This document shows, in pieces, positions 18,702 through 28,847 of a stretch of 64,000 bases of DNA. How positions within the stretch are numbered: the first letter of the stretch is position 1; each line of letters starts with the position of its first letter. The notes beneath the pieces were generated by a model. It was not told the DNA's origin and searched no databases. It worked only from the letters and a program-made list of their open reading frames with translations. The DNA lies in the NCBI GenBank assembly GCA_965208675.1, contig OZ242351.1, positions 3,552,001-3,616,000 on the forward strand, in the 5' to 3' direction. Made by a program: the position numbers and the translations under genes. The stretch comes from Candidatus Poribacteria bacterium. Lineage in GTDB: Bacteria > Poribacteria > WGA-4E > PCPOR2b.

Positions 18702-20432
18702 ATGTACCGACTTTTACTTAATAAATTTCTTACTAAATATATTGCAAGCTTCCTTCTGCTTCCTGTAATCATAACATGTCCGCTGTTTGCACAGGGCAAA
18801 TCTGCCCCCGCTGCTTCCGAGGCGGGAAAATTGCTCTATATAGATAAGTGTGGTCATTGCCACGGAATTGAAGGAGCCGGGGATGGGGATGCCGCTGAAA
18901 ACCTGTTGCCAAGGCCGAGGGATTTCACGTCAGGGCTTTACAAGATTCGCTCTACAGAGAGCGGCAATTTACCAACCGACCAGGACCTATTTGAGGTAAT
19001 CTCAAACGGTATGCCGGGATCGTCTATGCCCGCTTGGAAAGGGCTTCTCAGTGAGGACGAGCGATGGAGCCTCGTCGCCCAAATCAAGACATACTTTGAC
19101 GGTTTTGAAGAGGCGTCGCCGCGAGTAATTGACCTGTCAGGCAAAATACCCTATTCTGAGGAAAGCGTGGCTAAAGGGAAAGAGTTCTATGCCGAACTCG
19201 GGTGCGTCGAATGTCACGGGGTGCTTGGACGGGGAGACGGCACATCCGCGCCAGATCTCACCGACGAATCGGGATTTCGCTCATGGCCCGCGAATATGGA
19301 GCACAGTTGGAACTTCAGGGGCGGTTCAGCGACGGAGGAAATTTTCAAGCGGTTTATAGGCGGAATTGCCGGTTCGCCGATGCCGGCATTCGTGTCCTCA
19401 TTCCGACTCGGTTTAACCGACGCCGAGTCAGCGCGGATAATCGCGCTTGAAGATCAAGACGAAATGACTGAAGAGGAGGAAGCGGAGTATACGCAGTTAG
19501 AGGACAAAGCCTATGAGTATGAAGACATTATGCTCAGAATCGAGGAAGGCGAAGAAATCACACCCGAAGAGCAGAACAAACTCGACGAAGCCATGAAGCC
19601 AATATTTGAGAAGAGTTGGCACTTGGCAAACTATGTCAAATCGCTGGGGCGCGAAGGCCGCCCCCCAGCTGCGGTCGGTGATAAGGTCCTACGCTCCCAA
19701 TATTTTGTCGGTGACCTGCCGGGATTGAATGATGCCGCCTGGAGTGAAATCAAGGAGGCGAGCTACTTCCCACTTGTGGGTCAGGTCGTTATCGAACCGC
19801 GGCAGTTCAACCCTTCAATTGATTCCGTAACCGCCAAGTCTTTCTATAACGATAATGAAGCCGCGTTTCTCTTTGAGTGGGACGATCGGACGAAAACCCT
19901 TCCGCAAGCGGACGATGAGACGGGAGAAACTGTTGAGGACGCCATTGCGATTCAGTTCCCTGTGAAGGTGCCGAAGAGTCCGTCTGATCCCAGACCGTAC
20001 TTTATCTGGGGCGGACGCCGCCCCGTTTACCTCTGGCACTGGAAGGTTTCCGAACCAAACAAAATCACGGAGATGAATGCCAAGGGAATTGATAAAGCCA
20101 CTGTTCAGGCGTCACAAAGCCAGATGCAGGTTGAAGGTGTTTACGAAGACGGACGATACCGCCTGTGGGTTAAGCGAGCGTTGAAGACAGATGACAGGAA
20201 CGACCTTAAGTTTGAACCTGAAATTTTTATACCCATCGCTTTTTCCGCTTGGGACGGAGCCAACGGCGACGTGAAAACGAAGCGAGCCATTTCGACGTGG
20301 TATTCTTTCGTTCTAGATCCTGTTCCTTCAAATAAGCGTTTCGTGTATCCGCCGGTTGTAGCGCTTATCTCCGCCGGATTGCTTTTTGGCTTGAGAAAAA
20401 GCGTAAGAAATCGTGAGAAACTGAATCAATAG
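18702..20432 (+). CDS. Diheme cytochrome c fused to an ethylbenzene-dehydrogenase gamma (EbdC/NxrC-like) heme-b domain
   Basis: CGHCH and CVECH with PRPRDFT and MP motifs; C-terminal FEWDD, DAIAIQFP, LWHWK, AFSAWDG, ISTW motifs; C-terminal TM. Confidence 0.8.
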   Translation: MYRLLLNKFLTKYIASFLLLPVIITCPLFAQGKSAPAASEAGKLLYIDKCGHCHGIEGAGDGDAAENLLPRPRDFTSGLYKIRSTESGNLPTDQDLFEVISNGMPGSSMPAWKGLLSEDERWSLVAQIKTYFDGFEEASPRVIDLSGKIPYSEESVAKGKEFYAELGCVECHGVLGRGDGTSAPDLTDESGFRSWPANMEHSWNFRGGSATEEIFKRFIGGIAGSPMPAFVSSFRLGLTDAESARIIALEDQDEMTEEEEAEYTQLEDKAYEYEDIMLRIEEGEEITPEEQNKLDEAMKPIFEKSWHLANYVKSLGREGRPPAAVGDKVLRSQYFVGDLPGLNDAAWSEIKEASYFPLVGQVVIEPRQFNPSIDSVTAKSFYNDNEAAFLFEWDDRTKTLPQADDETGETVEDAIAIQFPVKVPKSPSDPRPYFIWGGRRPVYLWHWKVSEPNKITEMNAKGIDKATVQASQSQMQVEGVYEDGRYRLWVKRALKTDDRNDLKFEPEIFIPIAFSAWDGANGDVKTKRAISTWYSFVLDPVPSNKRFVYPPVVALISAGLLFGLRKSVRNREKLNQ

Positions 20433-20565
20433 ACTGTGGAAATGGCAACGGGCGGATGTGAACCGCTAATCCCTAGGTAGTTGGCAATTGAGCAATATTA
20501 ACTAGCAAACGCGACCATGCATCGAATAAATTTAAAACAAATCTATAAATAAAAGGAGTTCAATC

Positions 20566-21354
20566 ATGAAAACCCAAGTATTTACAATCCTAACATTAGT
20601 CATCGCGGGAATTTTTGCCGCAAGTGCCGCCGCTGCGGGTGATGATGAAGCCGCCGAGTCGCTTGTGTTCCCCGAAAGTTATGAAGCCGGAAGCGTTTCA
20701 AATGGGGGCACTATCACCGGTACCGTGACGTTTGAGGGTGAAGCCCCCGCAATGAAAAAGCTTGAAATCACGAAGAACCCGGAAGTCTGCGGTGTAACCG
20801 AAAAGTTTGATGAGTCGGTAGTGGTCGGCGAAGGAAACGGTTTGAAAAACGCCATCATTTATCTGATGGATATCTCGTCAGGCGCAGGTTTTCCGAAAGG
20901 CGCAAAGGTCAAACACCAGATTGATCAGAAAGGCTGTCAATTTAACCCGCATGTCAATTTGATTCCGGTGGGGAAGCGATTAACCATGCTCAACCCTGAC
21001 AAAATCATGCACAACGTTCATATTTTTAGCAAAGAGAACCCGCCCTACAACAAATCGCAGCCGGGCAGCAGGAGGAAGATGCCGGTTAAAGCTGTCAAAA
21101 AGGCGGAAGGGCCGGTGGCTGTCAAATGCGATGTGCACGGTTGGATGAAAGCCTGGATCGCTTACATTCCACATCCATACTTTGCCGTCAGCGATGAGAA
21201 CGGGCAATACAAGCTGGAAAACGTGCCGCCGGGAACGTATAAGCTTGGCTATTGGCACGAAGCCTGCGGGACGAATACGGAATCACCCGAGACTGTGACC
21301 GTTGACGCCGGCGGCGCAGCCACAAAAGACTTCGCCCTTTCACTCAAAAACTGA
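20566..21354 (+). CDS. Secreted cupredoxin-like / carboxypeptidase-regulatory-like protein (paralog of 13149-13910)
   Basis: Signal peptide; DQKGCQFNPHV, HNVH, CDVHGWM, YWHE; AAGGAG RBS. Confidence 0.82.
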   Translation: MKTQVFTILTLVIAGIFAASAAAAGDDEAAESLVFPESYEAGSVSNGGTITGTVTFEGEAPAMKKLEITKNPEVCGVTEKFDESVVVGEGNGLKNAIIYLMDISSGAGFPKGAKVKHQIDQKGCQFNPHVNLIPVGKRLTMLNPDKIMHNVHIFSKENPPYNKSQPGSRRKMPVKAVKKAEGPVAVKCDVHGWMKAWIAYIPHPYFAVSDENGQYKLENVPPGTYKLGYWHEACGTNTESPETVTVDAGGAATKDFALSLKN

Positions 21355-21444
21355 AGCACCCTATTCGGTTTTGCCATATGGTCGCCGTTTTTGGCGACCT
21401 ATGGAAATCATGGATTTGTGTGGTGATTGCAGGTCATCAAGTGG

Positions 21445-22407
21445 ATGAAAAAAATGCATCCGATTGAAGTCGAGAATCTCCACCACGCTTATGGTGATCG
21501 GCAAGCGCTGGTTGGCGTGACTCTTGATGTGCCGCAAGGTGAAATTTTTGGCGTCCTTGGACCGAATGGCGGCGGCAAAACTACACTTTTTAAGATTCTT
21601 TCGACACTTATCACCGCTAACAACGGAACGGTGCGATTGTTCGGTTATGATCAGACCGACAAACCGCACGAAGTTAGAAAACACTTGGGGGTGGTTTTTC
21701 AGCATCCTAGTTTGGATTTGAAGCTTACGGCGGTTGAAAATCTTCGTCATCACGGGCACCTCTACGGGCTGTGGGGTAAAGCGCTCAATCGAAGAATCCA
21801 AGTTGTGCTTGACCAACTGGGACTTTCCGAGCGCGGGGCAGATTTGGTAGAAGCGCTCTCCGGCGGTTTGCGAAGGCGGGTTGAACTCGCGAAGGCAATC
21901 CTCCATCAACCCAACTTACTGTTGCTTGATGAACCGAGCACCGGCCTCGATCCTGGGATTCGTCAACAGTTTAGATTGCATCTTCAATATCTGCGAGAAC
22001 AGGATGGTACGACCATCGTGCTGACAACCCACATTCTGGATGAAGCCGAGTGGTGCGATCGTGTCGGTATTCTTGATGAGGGTAGGTTGGTTGCCATAGG
22101 AACGCCGGCGGCGTTGAAAGAACAGGTGGGCGCGGACGTTGTCATTATTGATGCGTCGAATCCAGAAACGTTAGCCGAAAGGATCAATCAGCGCTTTGGG
22201 TACGGTTATACCTTGGTTGACCGATCGCTGCGCGTAGAATGCGCTCAAGGGCATGAATTTGCTCGAGACGTTGTCGCTGCGTTTCCGCAAGAGATTCAAT
22301 CGGTGCGATTTGGAAAACCGACGTTAGAAGATGTATTTGTGAAAGCGACCGGGCATCGCTTCGCGGAATCAGCCATCAACGAAAATAGGGATCAACTGAG
22401 CGGATAG
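21445..22407 (+). CDS. ABC-2 transporter ATP-binding protein
   Basis: GPNGGGKT, LSGG, LLLDEP, TTH. Confidence 0.92.
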   Translation: MKKMHPIEVENLHHAYGDRQALVGVTLDVPQGEIFGVLGPNGGGKTTLFKILSTLITANNGTVRLFGYDQTDKPHEVRKHLGVVFQHPSLDLKLTAVENLRHHGHLYGLWGKALNRRIQVVLDQLGLSERGADLVEALSGGLRRRVELAKAILHQPNLLLLDEPSTGLDPGIRQQFRLHLQYLREQDGTTIVLTTHILDEAEWCDRVGILDEGRLVAIGTPAALKEQVGADVVIIDASNPETLAERINQRFGYGYTLVDRSLRVECAQGHEFARDVVAAFPQEIQSVRFGKPTLEDVFVKATGHRFAESAINENRDQLSG

Positions 22408-22476
22408 CGAAGGCGATAGTCTTTACCGACATTGGAAACTATCGCACTCACTATCCGTTCGCTTAATCTTACCGTC

Positions 22477-23250
22477 ATGAGAAGACTTTTACTCCCCGTG
22501 ATGACCTTATGGCGGCGTGAGGTCATAAGGTTTATCCGGCAGCGAAGCCGCTTAATCAGTGCATTTGCGCAGCCCTTAGTCTTCTGGCTGCTGTTGGGAG
22601 CGGGATTGGGACAATCGTTTCACCCATCTGGCGCACCAGCGACAACACGATATTTTGAATATTTGTTCGCCGGCATAATTGTGCTGGTACTCTTGTTTAC
22701 CGCAATTTTCGCAACCATTTCGATTGTTCAAGACCGGCGCGAAGGGTTTCTTCAGGGCGTGCTTGTCGCACCGGTTTCAAGGGGTTCTATCGTTCTCGGG
22801 CAAGCGCTTGGCGGTACATCCTTAGCCCTGCTGCAAGGTGTTCTTTTTCTTTGCCTGGCGCCCGTAGTGGGAGTGAGCTTGAGCATCTCCTCCACCGCCG
22901 CAACAATAGGGATAATTGCTTTACTTGCGTTTGGGTTGACAAACCTCGGCTTGATGATTGCTTGGCGAATGGATTCGCCGCAAGGTTTTCACGCGATAAT
23001 GAATTTAATTCTATTTCCAATTTGGATTCTCTCCGGCGCTTTTTTCCCTATTTCCGGAGTACCCGCGTTTTTTGAATGGGTGATGAAACTCAATCCGTTA
23101 ACCTACGGCGTTGCAGCGCTGCGCCGATGTTTGTATTTACATGACGCTGCAGGAGTCGGAGAGATACCTCAACTAACACTGTCTTTGTTAATAACCAGCT
23201 TGTTCTGTATTTTGACCTATGTAGGCGCCGCTCGAACAGCGGCAAGTTAG
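22477..23250 (+). CDS. ABC-2 transporter permease
   Basis: 6 TM helices, DRREGFL, LSGAFFP, NPLTY. Confidence 0.9.
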   Translation: MRRLLLPVMTLWRREVIRFIRQRSRLISAFAQPLVFWLLLGAGLGQSFHPSGAPATTRYFEYLFAGIIVLVLLFTAIFATISIVQDRREGFLQGVLVAPVSRGSIVLGQALGGTSLALLQGVLFLCLAPVVGVSLSISSTAATIGIIALLAFGLTNLGLMIAWRMDSPQGFHAIMNLILFPIWILSGAFFPISGVPAFFEWVMKLNPLTYGVAALRRCLYLHDAAGVGEIPQLTLSLLITSLFCILTYVGAARTAAS

Positions 23251-23351
23251 GATCGGGCGAACGAATATTTAGCGCAATAGTCTTCACCGTCGGTTAGAAC
23301 TATTGCCATCGTAATTCACTCGGTTGATCTTATAAATAAAGAAAGGAGATT

Positions 23352-24065
23352 TTGATGCTTAAATGGCTGAATTTTCCTGAGTGGCTTCCTGAAAACGTAT
23401 CAACCTTCGGTAAAGGGGTTGACAACTTGTTTGTCGCTATTTACTGGATAACTTCAATTGCGTTTCTGGGTGTGATGATTACTTTGATTGTGTTTCTCAT
23501 CAAATACCGCTATCAGGAAGGCCGTAGTGCAGGGTACATCCACGGCAATACGACGCTAGAATATGTGTGGACGATTGCGACCGCTGTAATTGTGTTCGGA
23601 CTCGCGATGTTCAGCCTGCCGCAATGGAACAAGATTAAATTCCCTTCCCAATTTCCCGGGGACCCCGGTGCTGTGGTTCAAGTGAACGGAAAGCAGTTCA
23701 ACTGGGATATGACCTACCCCGGACCTGATGGCGAATGGGAAACTGACGATGACCTGCAACTCGAGAACCAACTTCATGTCCCCGTTAACGAGGTGGTGCA
23801 TATCAGGCTGACGTCGGACGATGTAATTCATAGCTTCTTTGTGCCTCAACTCCGTCTCAAACAGGACGCCCTTCCCGGTAGGTTTATCAACGTTTGGTTC
23901 GAAGCAACGAAGCCCGGCACATATGAGATTCCGTGTGCGGAACTTTGCGGTTTTGGGCATTCCGGGATGCTCGGATACCTTACTGTCCACACGGAAGAAG
24001 ATTACGAAGCGTGGAAGAGTGAGCGGTGGCCAGAACCTGAAACGAAAGGAGTCAACGTAGAATGA
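23352..24065 (+). CDS. coxB: Cytochrome c oxidase subunit II
   Basis: DVIHSF and the CuA motif CAELCGFGHSGM; 2 TM helices. Confidence 0.95.
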   Translation: MMLKWLNFPEWLPENVSTFGKGVDNLFVAIYWITSIAFLGVMITLIVFLIKYRYQEGRSAGYIHGNTTLEYVWTIATAVIVFGLAMFSLPQWNKIKFPSQFPGDPGAVVQVNGKQFNWDMTYPGPDGEWETDDDLQLENQLHVPVNEVVHIRLTSDDVIHSFFVPQLRLKQDALPGRFINVWFEATKPGTYEIPCAELCGFGHSGMLGYLTVHTEEDYEAWKSERWPEPETKGVNVE

Positions 24066-25909
24066 ACGAACACACACAGGAATCGCATGATCATCACCAT
24101 GAAGAGAGTTTTGTCAGCAAATATATCTTTTCGCTGGATCATAAAACAATAGGCAAGCAGTTCCTCATCTTCGGCCTGATTATGTTCATTGTCGGGGGCG
24201 GGCTGGCGCTGCTTTTCCGTTGGCAACTCGCCTGGCCCGACAGGCCGCTGCCGATAATTGGGGCTTCCCAAACCTATTTGGAGGAGGGCGAACCTGTAAC
24301 TGCTGCAGACCGGAAGTGGGAAGAACGTTACGATGACGATAAAGACTCTTGGTTAGAGACGAACATGCCCAGCGGGATTATAGACCCGAACTTTTATAAT
24401 TCGCTGTTTACGATGCACGCCACCATTATGGTTTTCTTCGTGGTTGTACCACTGCTTGTTGGTGCGTTTGGTAATTTTCTCATCCCGCTGATGATTGGCA
24501 CCAGAGATATGGCATTCCCAGTGCTGAATATGCTGTCATTCTGGTCCAATATGCTCGGAACGATTATAATGATTGCGGGGTTCTTTGTGCCCGATGGACA
24601 CGCTGCCGCGGGCTGGACTGGCTACGCACCGCTTTCTTCAGACCCTGAGCTTAGCGGTGTAAATTGGGGACAGAATCTCTGGTGCATCAGCCTTATTGTC
24701 ATGGGTATCTCCTCGCTGATGGGGTCTATCAACTATATTACGACGATCATCAACATGCGTGCGCCGGGGATGACTTGGTTCCGTCTCCCGCTTGCGATTT
24801 GGGCGCTGTTTATCGTCGCGATTCTTCTTCTGCTCGCATTTCCTGTCGTGGCTTCTGCGCTCGGGCTAATCCTCTTCGACCGCATGGCGGGAACGTCCTT
24901 CTTTTCCGCCGCAGGCGGCGGCGATGCCTTATTATGGCAACACCTTTTCTGGTTCTTCGCGCATCCGGAGGTTTATATCCTCATTTTGCCCGGCATGGGT
25001 ATGGCGTCAGAGATGCTCCCCGTTTTTGCCAGAAAGCCCATCTTCGGGTATAAATCAATGGTTTTTGCCATGATAGCGATTGCTTTTCTGAGTTGGATTG
25101 TGTGGGGACACCACATGTTCCAGAGTGGGATGAACCCTGCATTGGGAATGGCCTTCATGACCACCACCATGATAATCGCTGTCCCGTCAGCAATCAAAAC
25201 CTTCAACTGGATCGGCACGCTTTACCGTGCATCAATCCGATTCACAGTGCCGATGTTAAACTCGCTTGCCTTTGTCTCGATGTTCGTCATTGGCGGCCTC
25301 AGCGGCATATATATGGCAAATTCGCCGGTGGACATCTACATCCACGATACATACTACATCGTAGCGCATATTCATTATGTCGTTTTCGGCGGCAGCGTCT
25401 TCGCCATTTTTGGAGGTGTCTTCTACTGGTTCCCCAAAATGTTTGGGCGGCACATGAATGCGATCCTTGGCAAGATTCATTTCTGGGTGTCGTTCATCGC
25501 CTTTAACGGCGTCTTTTTCCCGATGCACATCCTCGGTGTAGGGGGGCACATGCGGCGCATCGCCAACCCGACGCAGTACGAATTACTGCATCACCTACAG
25601 CCAATAAATGTGTTCATTACGGTCTGTGCATTTATCTTGGGCGCAGCTCAAATTCTGCTGCTCATCAACGTATTTTGGAGTATATTCCGCGGGAAGGTGG
25701 CTGAGCAGAATCCGTGGCAGGCAACCACCTTAGAATGGCAAGCACCGACGCCTGTCCCGCATGGCAACTTCGGAGCAATTCCGCACGTATACCACGGCCC
25801 CTATGAATACAGCGTCCCTGGAGCTGAATCGGACTGGATCCCACAGACGCAGCCGAACGGCGAATCGCTGCCCGACGAACCGGTACCGGCAGGAGCCGCC
25901 GCGGATTAA
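24062..25909 (+). CDS. coxA: Cytochrome c oxidase subunit I (A1 type)
   Basis: TMHA, DMAFP (D-channel Asp), HPEVY, WGHH, AIKTF (K channel), AHIHY, MRR. Confidence 0.97.
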   Translation: MNEHTQESHDHHHEESFVSKYIFSLDHKTIGKQFLIFGLIMFIVGGGLALLFRWQLAWPDRPLPIIGASQTYLEEGEPVTAADRKWEERYDDDKDSWLETNMPSGIIDPNFYNSLFTMHATIMVFFVVVPLLVGAFGNFLIPLMIGTRDMAFPVLNMLSFWSNMLGTIIMIAGFFVPDGHAAAGWTGYAPLSSDPELSGVNWGQNLWCISLIVMGISSLMGSINYITTIINMRAPGMTWFRLPLAIWALFIVAILLLLAFPVVASALGLILFDRMAGTSFFSAAGGGDALLWQHLFWFFAHPEVYILILPGMGMASEMLPVFARKPIFGYKSMVFAMIAIAFLSWIVWGHHMFQSGMNPALGMAFMTTTMIIAVPSAIKTFNWIGTLYRASIRFTVPMLNSLAFVSMFVIGGLSGIYMANSPVDIYIHDTYYIVAHIHYVVFGGSVFAIFGGVFYWFPKMFGRHMNAILGKIHFWVSFIAFNGVFFPMHILGVGGHMRRIANPTQYELLHHLQPINVFITVCAFILGAAQILLLINVFWSIFRGKVAEQNPWQATTLEWQAPTPVPHGNFGAIPHVYHGPYEYSVPGAESDWIPQTQPNGESLPDEPVPAGAAAD

Positions 25910-25963
25910 AGATTTGTCCACCGCTCTAAACACCACCGAAACGGTTGGAAGGAAACCGATTCA

Positions 25964-27106
25964 ATGTATCGTCGATGGCTCTATGGACTTGCTGTCCTCA
26001 CTGCTGTGATGACGTTTATCCTGATTTGCATGGGCGGACTTGTGACGAGTACGGATTCAGGGCTGGCTGTCCCCGATTGGCCGACGACCTTTGGATACAA
26101 CATGTTTCTCTATCCGTTATCGAAAACGGTCAGCGGTTTTCTCTTCAGCATTGACTCAAACCTCCAAGCTAATTTGGATGACAGTGACCCTTCGGTAGAG
26201 TTGCGGATGGCGCTTGAAAAAAACGAGATTCCGGTGTCCGAGGATGTTATAATTTCAGTCGTCCAGCCAGGCAGCAGGTGGAAGCTAACAGATGACGAGA
26301 ACGGGCGCACCTATTCGCTGATTAAAACGGGGGATCGGCTCGATGTTTACGTTCACGGCATTCTGTACGAGCACAGCCATCGCTTGATCGGGTCGATCGT
26401 CGGACTGCTGACGATTGGGTTGATGGTATCACTCTTGGCGAAGGACGATCGGAATTGGATGAAATGGCTTGGATTTATTGCACTTGCCGCGGTGATTGCG
26501 CAGGGAGTGATGGGCGGCATGCGTGTCACAAACCTTAGCAGAATACTCGCTATCATACACGCCTGTTTTGCCCAAGCATTTTTCGCACTGACTGCAAGCC
26601 TCGCGTTATTTACCTCACGCGGATGGCTGGGGGCATCGGAGCAAATTGAAGCGGCAAATACTTCTCGCTTGAGAAAATTGAGCATCATCACGGTGTGTCT
26701 CATCTATGTCCAATTCATCTTCGGCGCCGTGTTGAGGCATACCGGGAATCGGCTGGACGCCCATCTGCTTTTCGCCGGTTTAGTAACTATTCACATATTT
26801 TTGCTCTTGAGGCGAATCTTGCTAGATTATCTGGAGAACCGGATTCTTGTTCGTCTAATTCTGCTATCGAGCGGCCTGCTCGCCGTACAATTGGTGTTGG
26901 GATTTGGGGCATTCGTCACCGAGTTCACAGCTCTCGGTAAAGGCGTGTCTCCTGTCGCCGGCGTAGCAATCACCACCGCCCATGTTGCGATTGGTGCTTT
27001 AATGATGGCCAGTTCCGTCCTGCTGGCTTTGAATGTGTTTCGTTTCACAATGGGTTCAGAACCTGTTGCGAATCGAGGGCTTGTTTCCGACGAGGTATCC
27101 GCATGA
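25964..27106 (+). CDS. ctaA: Heme A synthase (COX15/CtaA)
   Basis: GLAVPDWP, EHSHR, IHACFAQ, GAVLRH, TAHVA. Confidence 0.88.
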   Translation: MYRRWLYGLAVLTAVMTFILICMGGLVTSTDSGLAVPDWPTTFGYNMFLYPLSKTVSGFLFSIDSNLQANLDDSDPSVELRMALEKNEIPVSEDVIISVVQPGSRWKLTDDENGRTYSLIKTGDRLDVYVHGILYEHSHRLIGSIVGLLTIGLMVSLLAKDDRNWMKWLGFIALAAVIAQGVMGGMRVTNLSRILAIIHACFAQAFFALTASLALFTSRGWLGASEQIEAANTSRLRKLSIITVCLIYVQFIFGAVLRHTGNRLDAHLLFAGLVTIHIFLLLRRILLDYLENRILVRLILLSSGLLAVQLVLGFGAFVTEFTALGKGVSPVAGVAITTAHVAIGALMMASSVLLALNVFRFTMGSEPVANRGLVSDEVSA

Positions 27107-28005
27107 TGCCAATAACAAACACACTAGACATCGGCTTATCCCAGATGAGCCGCCGACTATCAATCTTTGTTGAGTTGACAAAGCCGCGGCTGGTTTCGAT
27201 GATACTGGTTACAACTTCAGCCGGCTTCTACCTCGCCTCTCCCCATCCGCTAAATTGGCTGCAGTTCATTCACGCCGTTATCGGCACGGGTTTATCGGCA
27301 GCGGGAGTATTAGCCCTGAATCAGTACCTTGAACGCGACTTAGATGCCCAAATGGTGCGGACATGCCACCGACCATTGCCGGATCGTCGGCTTCAACCGA
27401 CGACAGCGCTTTCGTTTGGAGTTTTGTTGACGGCTAGCGGGTTGCTCTACATGGCGTTTGCCGTAAACGCCTTGAGCGCACTAGTCACGTCAGCCATTGT
27501 TGTGACTTATCTGTTCGTCTATACCCCGCTGAAGCAGAAGACATCGCTCTGTACTGTGGTGGGCGCAGTCCCGGGTGCATTACCGCCTGTAATCGGTTGG
27601 GTTGCGGCACGGGGTACGCTCAATATTGAGGCGTGTGTGCTTTTCGCAATTCTGTTTCTCTGGCAACTGCCCCACTCGCTGTCGATTGCGTATATCTACC
27701 GCGATGAATACGCAAAGGCTGGATTCCGCTTGCTGCCGGTAATTCACCCGGACGGCAAGAGCACGGGAAGGCAGATTGTCAGCAACTGTCTAGGCCTTCT
27801 CTTTGCGGCGCTGCTGCCCACGTTAATCGGCATAGCGGGTATAGTCTATTTTTTCGCCGCACTGGCGTTGAGCATCGGCTTTCTCGGGTTCGGCATCAGC
27901 CTCTCAATTTCTCGATCGACAGCGGCAGCAAAACGGCTGTTGTACGCTTCATTGATATACTTGCCGCTTGTTTTTCTAGTGATGGCACTTGACAAGATGG
28001 CGTAA
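27103..28005 (+). CDS. ctaB: Protoheme IX farnesyltransferase (heme O synthase)
   Basis: LTKPR, NQYLERDLDAQMVRT..RPL, YTPLK, WQLPH. Confidence 0.95.
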   Translation: MMPITNTLDIGLSQMSRRLSIFVELTKPRLVSMILVTTSAGFYLASPHPLNWLQFIHAVIGTGLSAAGVLALNQYLERDLDAQMVRTCHRPLPDRRLQPTTALSFGVLLTASGLLYMAFAVNALSALVTSAIVVTYLFVYTPLKQKTSLCTVVGAVPGALPPVIGWVAARGTLNIEACVLFAILFLWQLPHSLSIAYIYRDEYAKAGFRLLPVIHPDGKSTGRQIVSNCLGLLFAALLPTLIGIAGIVYFFAALALSIGFLGFGISLSISRSTAAAKRLLYASLIYLPLVFLVMALDKMA

Positions 28006-28028
28006 CGGACTGGGAGAATAAAATTCGG

Positions 28029-28139
28029 ATGAACAACGACGAAAAGCGGCGGCGCAACCGACGTGTCGGCTGGTTCTTATTCGGAATATTCATCGTCTTG
28101 TTTTTTCTGGCAACGCTGCTCGCACTCTTTAAAAACTGA
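28029..28139 (+). CDS. Small single-TM protein (36 aa) in the oxidase operon
   Basis: MNNDEKRRRNRRVGWFLFGIFIVLFFLATLLALFKN; GGGAGA RBS; below the ORF-track cutoff. Confidence 0.65.
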   Translation: MNNDEKRRRNRRVGWFLFGIFIVLFFLATLLALFKN

Positions 28140-28229
28140 TGCATTACATCTTTTAGACGAGGTTTCCCAGCCGCTATTGTTCGGTAATGGGGCTTGTCTT
28201 CTTTAACTATGTTTTAAACAAAATCTTCA

Positions 28230-28835
28230 ATGAATGAATTAGAACACCCCTCATACGCTAGCGCCGAAGGCGAAAACAGACCGATAAGCAATGCGCGTTT
28301 AGCTGTACTGGTACTGTTGGGCGCCGAAATCATGTTTTTCGCCGGGCTGATTGGGACGTTTCTAGTGTTCCGCTTGGGCAGTACAACATGGCCTCCGCCG
28401 TCACAGGTAGACGTTCGCTTGCCCGTGGGTGTGACAGGACTGAACACAATCGTCCTGCTCTTGAGCGGATTTACAATGTTCAAGGCGCAGCAAGCTATTA
28501 GGCATGGCCTTCAGAATGCGCTTAGAAACAGGCTTTTCCTGACGGGGCTTCTTGGCGTAATCTTCCTCGCTGTACAGGGTTACGAATGGGTGCGCTTGGT
28601 GCATCACGGATTCACGCTTTCATCGGGAGTGTACGGCTCAATATTTTATGTCCTTATCGGTTGCCATGCGCTGCACGTACTAGTGGCAGTATTTTGGCTG
28701 TTAGCCGTTTTCATTGGGGCGACAGCCGGACGGTTTTCTGTTGATCGCCACGTTGGTGTTGAGGTCTGCGCTATTTACTGGGTGTTTGTTGTGTGCCTGT
28801 GGCCCGTTCTTTACGTACTTGTGTATCTAATCTGA
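28230..28835 (+). CDS. coxC: Cytochrome c oxidase subunit III-like protein
   Basis: EIMFF, NTIVLLLS, QGYEW, GCHALHV, YW. Confidence 0.88.
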   Translation: MNELEHPSYASAEGENRPISNARLAVLVLLGAEIMFFAGLIGTFLVFRLGSTTWPPPSQVDVRLPVGVTGLNTIVLLLSGFTMFKAQQAIRHGLQNALRNRLFLTGLLGVIFLAVQGYEWVRLVHHGFTLSSGVYGSIFYVLIGCHALHVLVAVFWLLAVFIGATAGRFSVDRHVGVEVCAIYWVFVVCLWPVLYVLVYLI

Positions 28836-28847
28836 CATGGGGTTTTA

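Noticed and set aside
18702-20432. Evidence for nitrite oxidation (NXR)
   Set aside because: Only a gamma-like heme domain is present; no molybdopterin alpha or Fe-S beta subunit in the window
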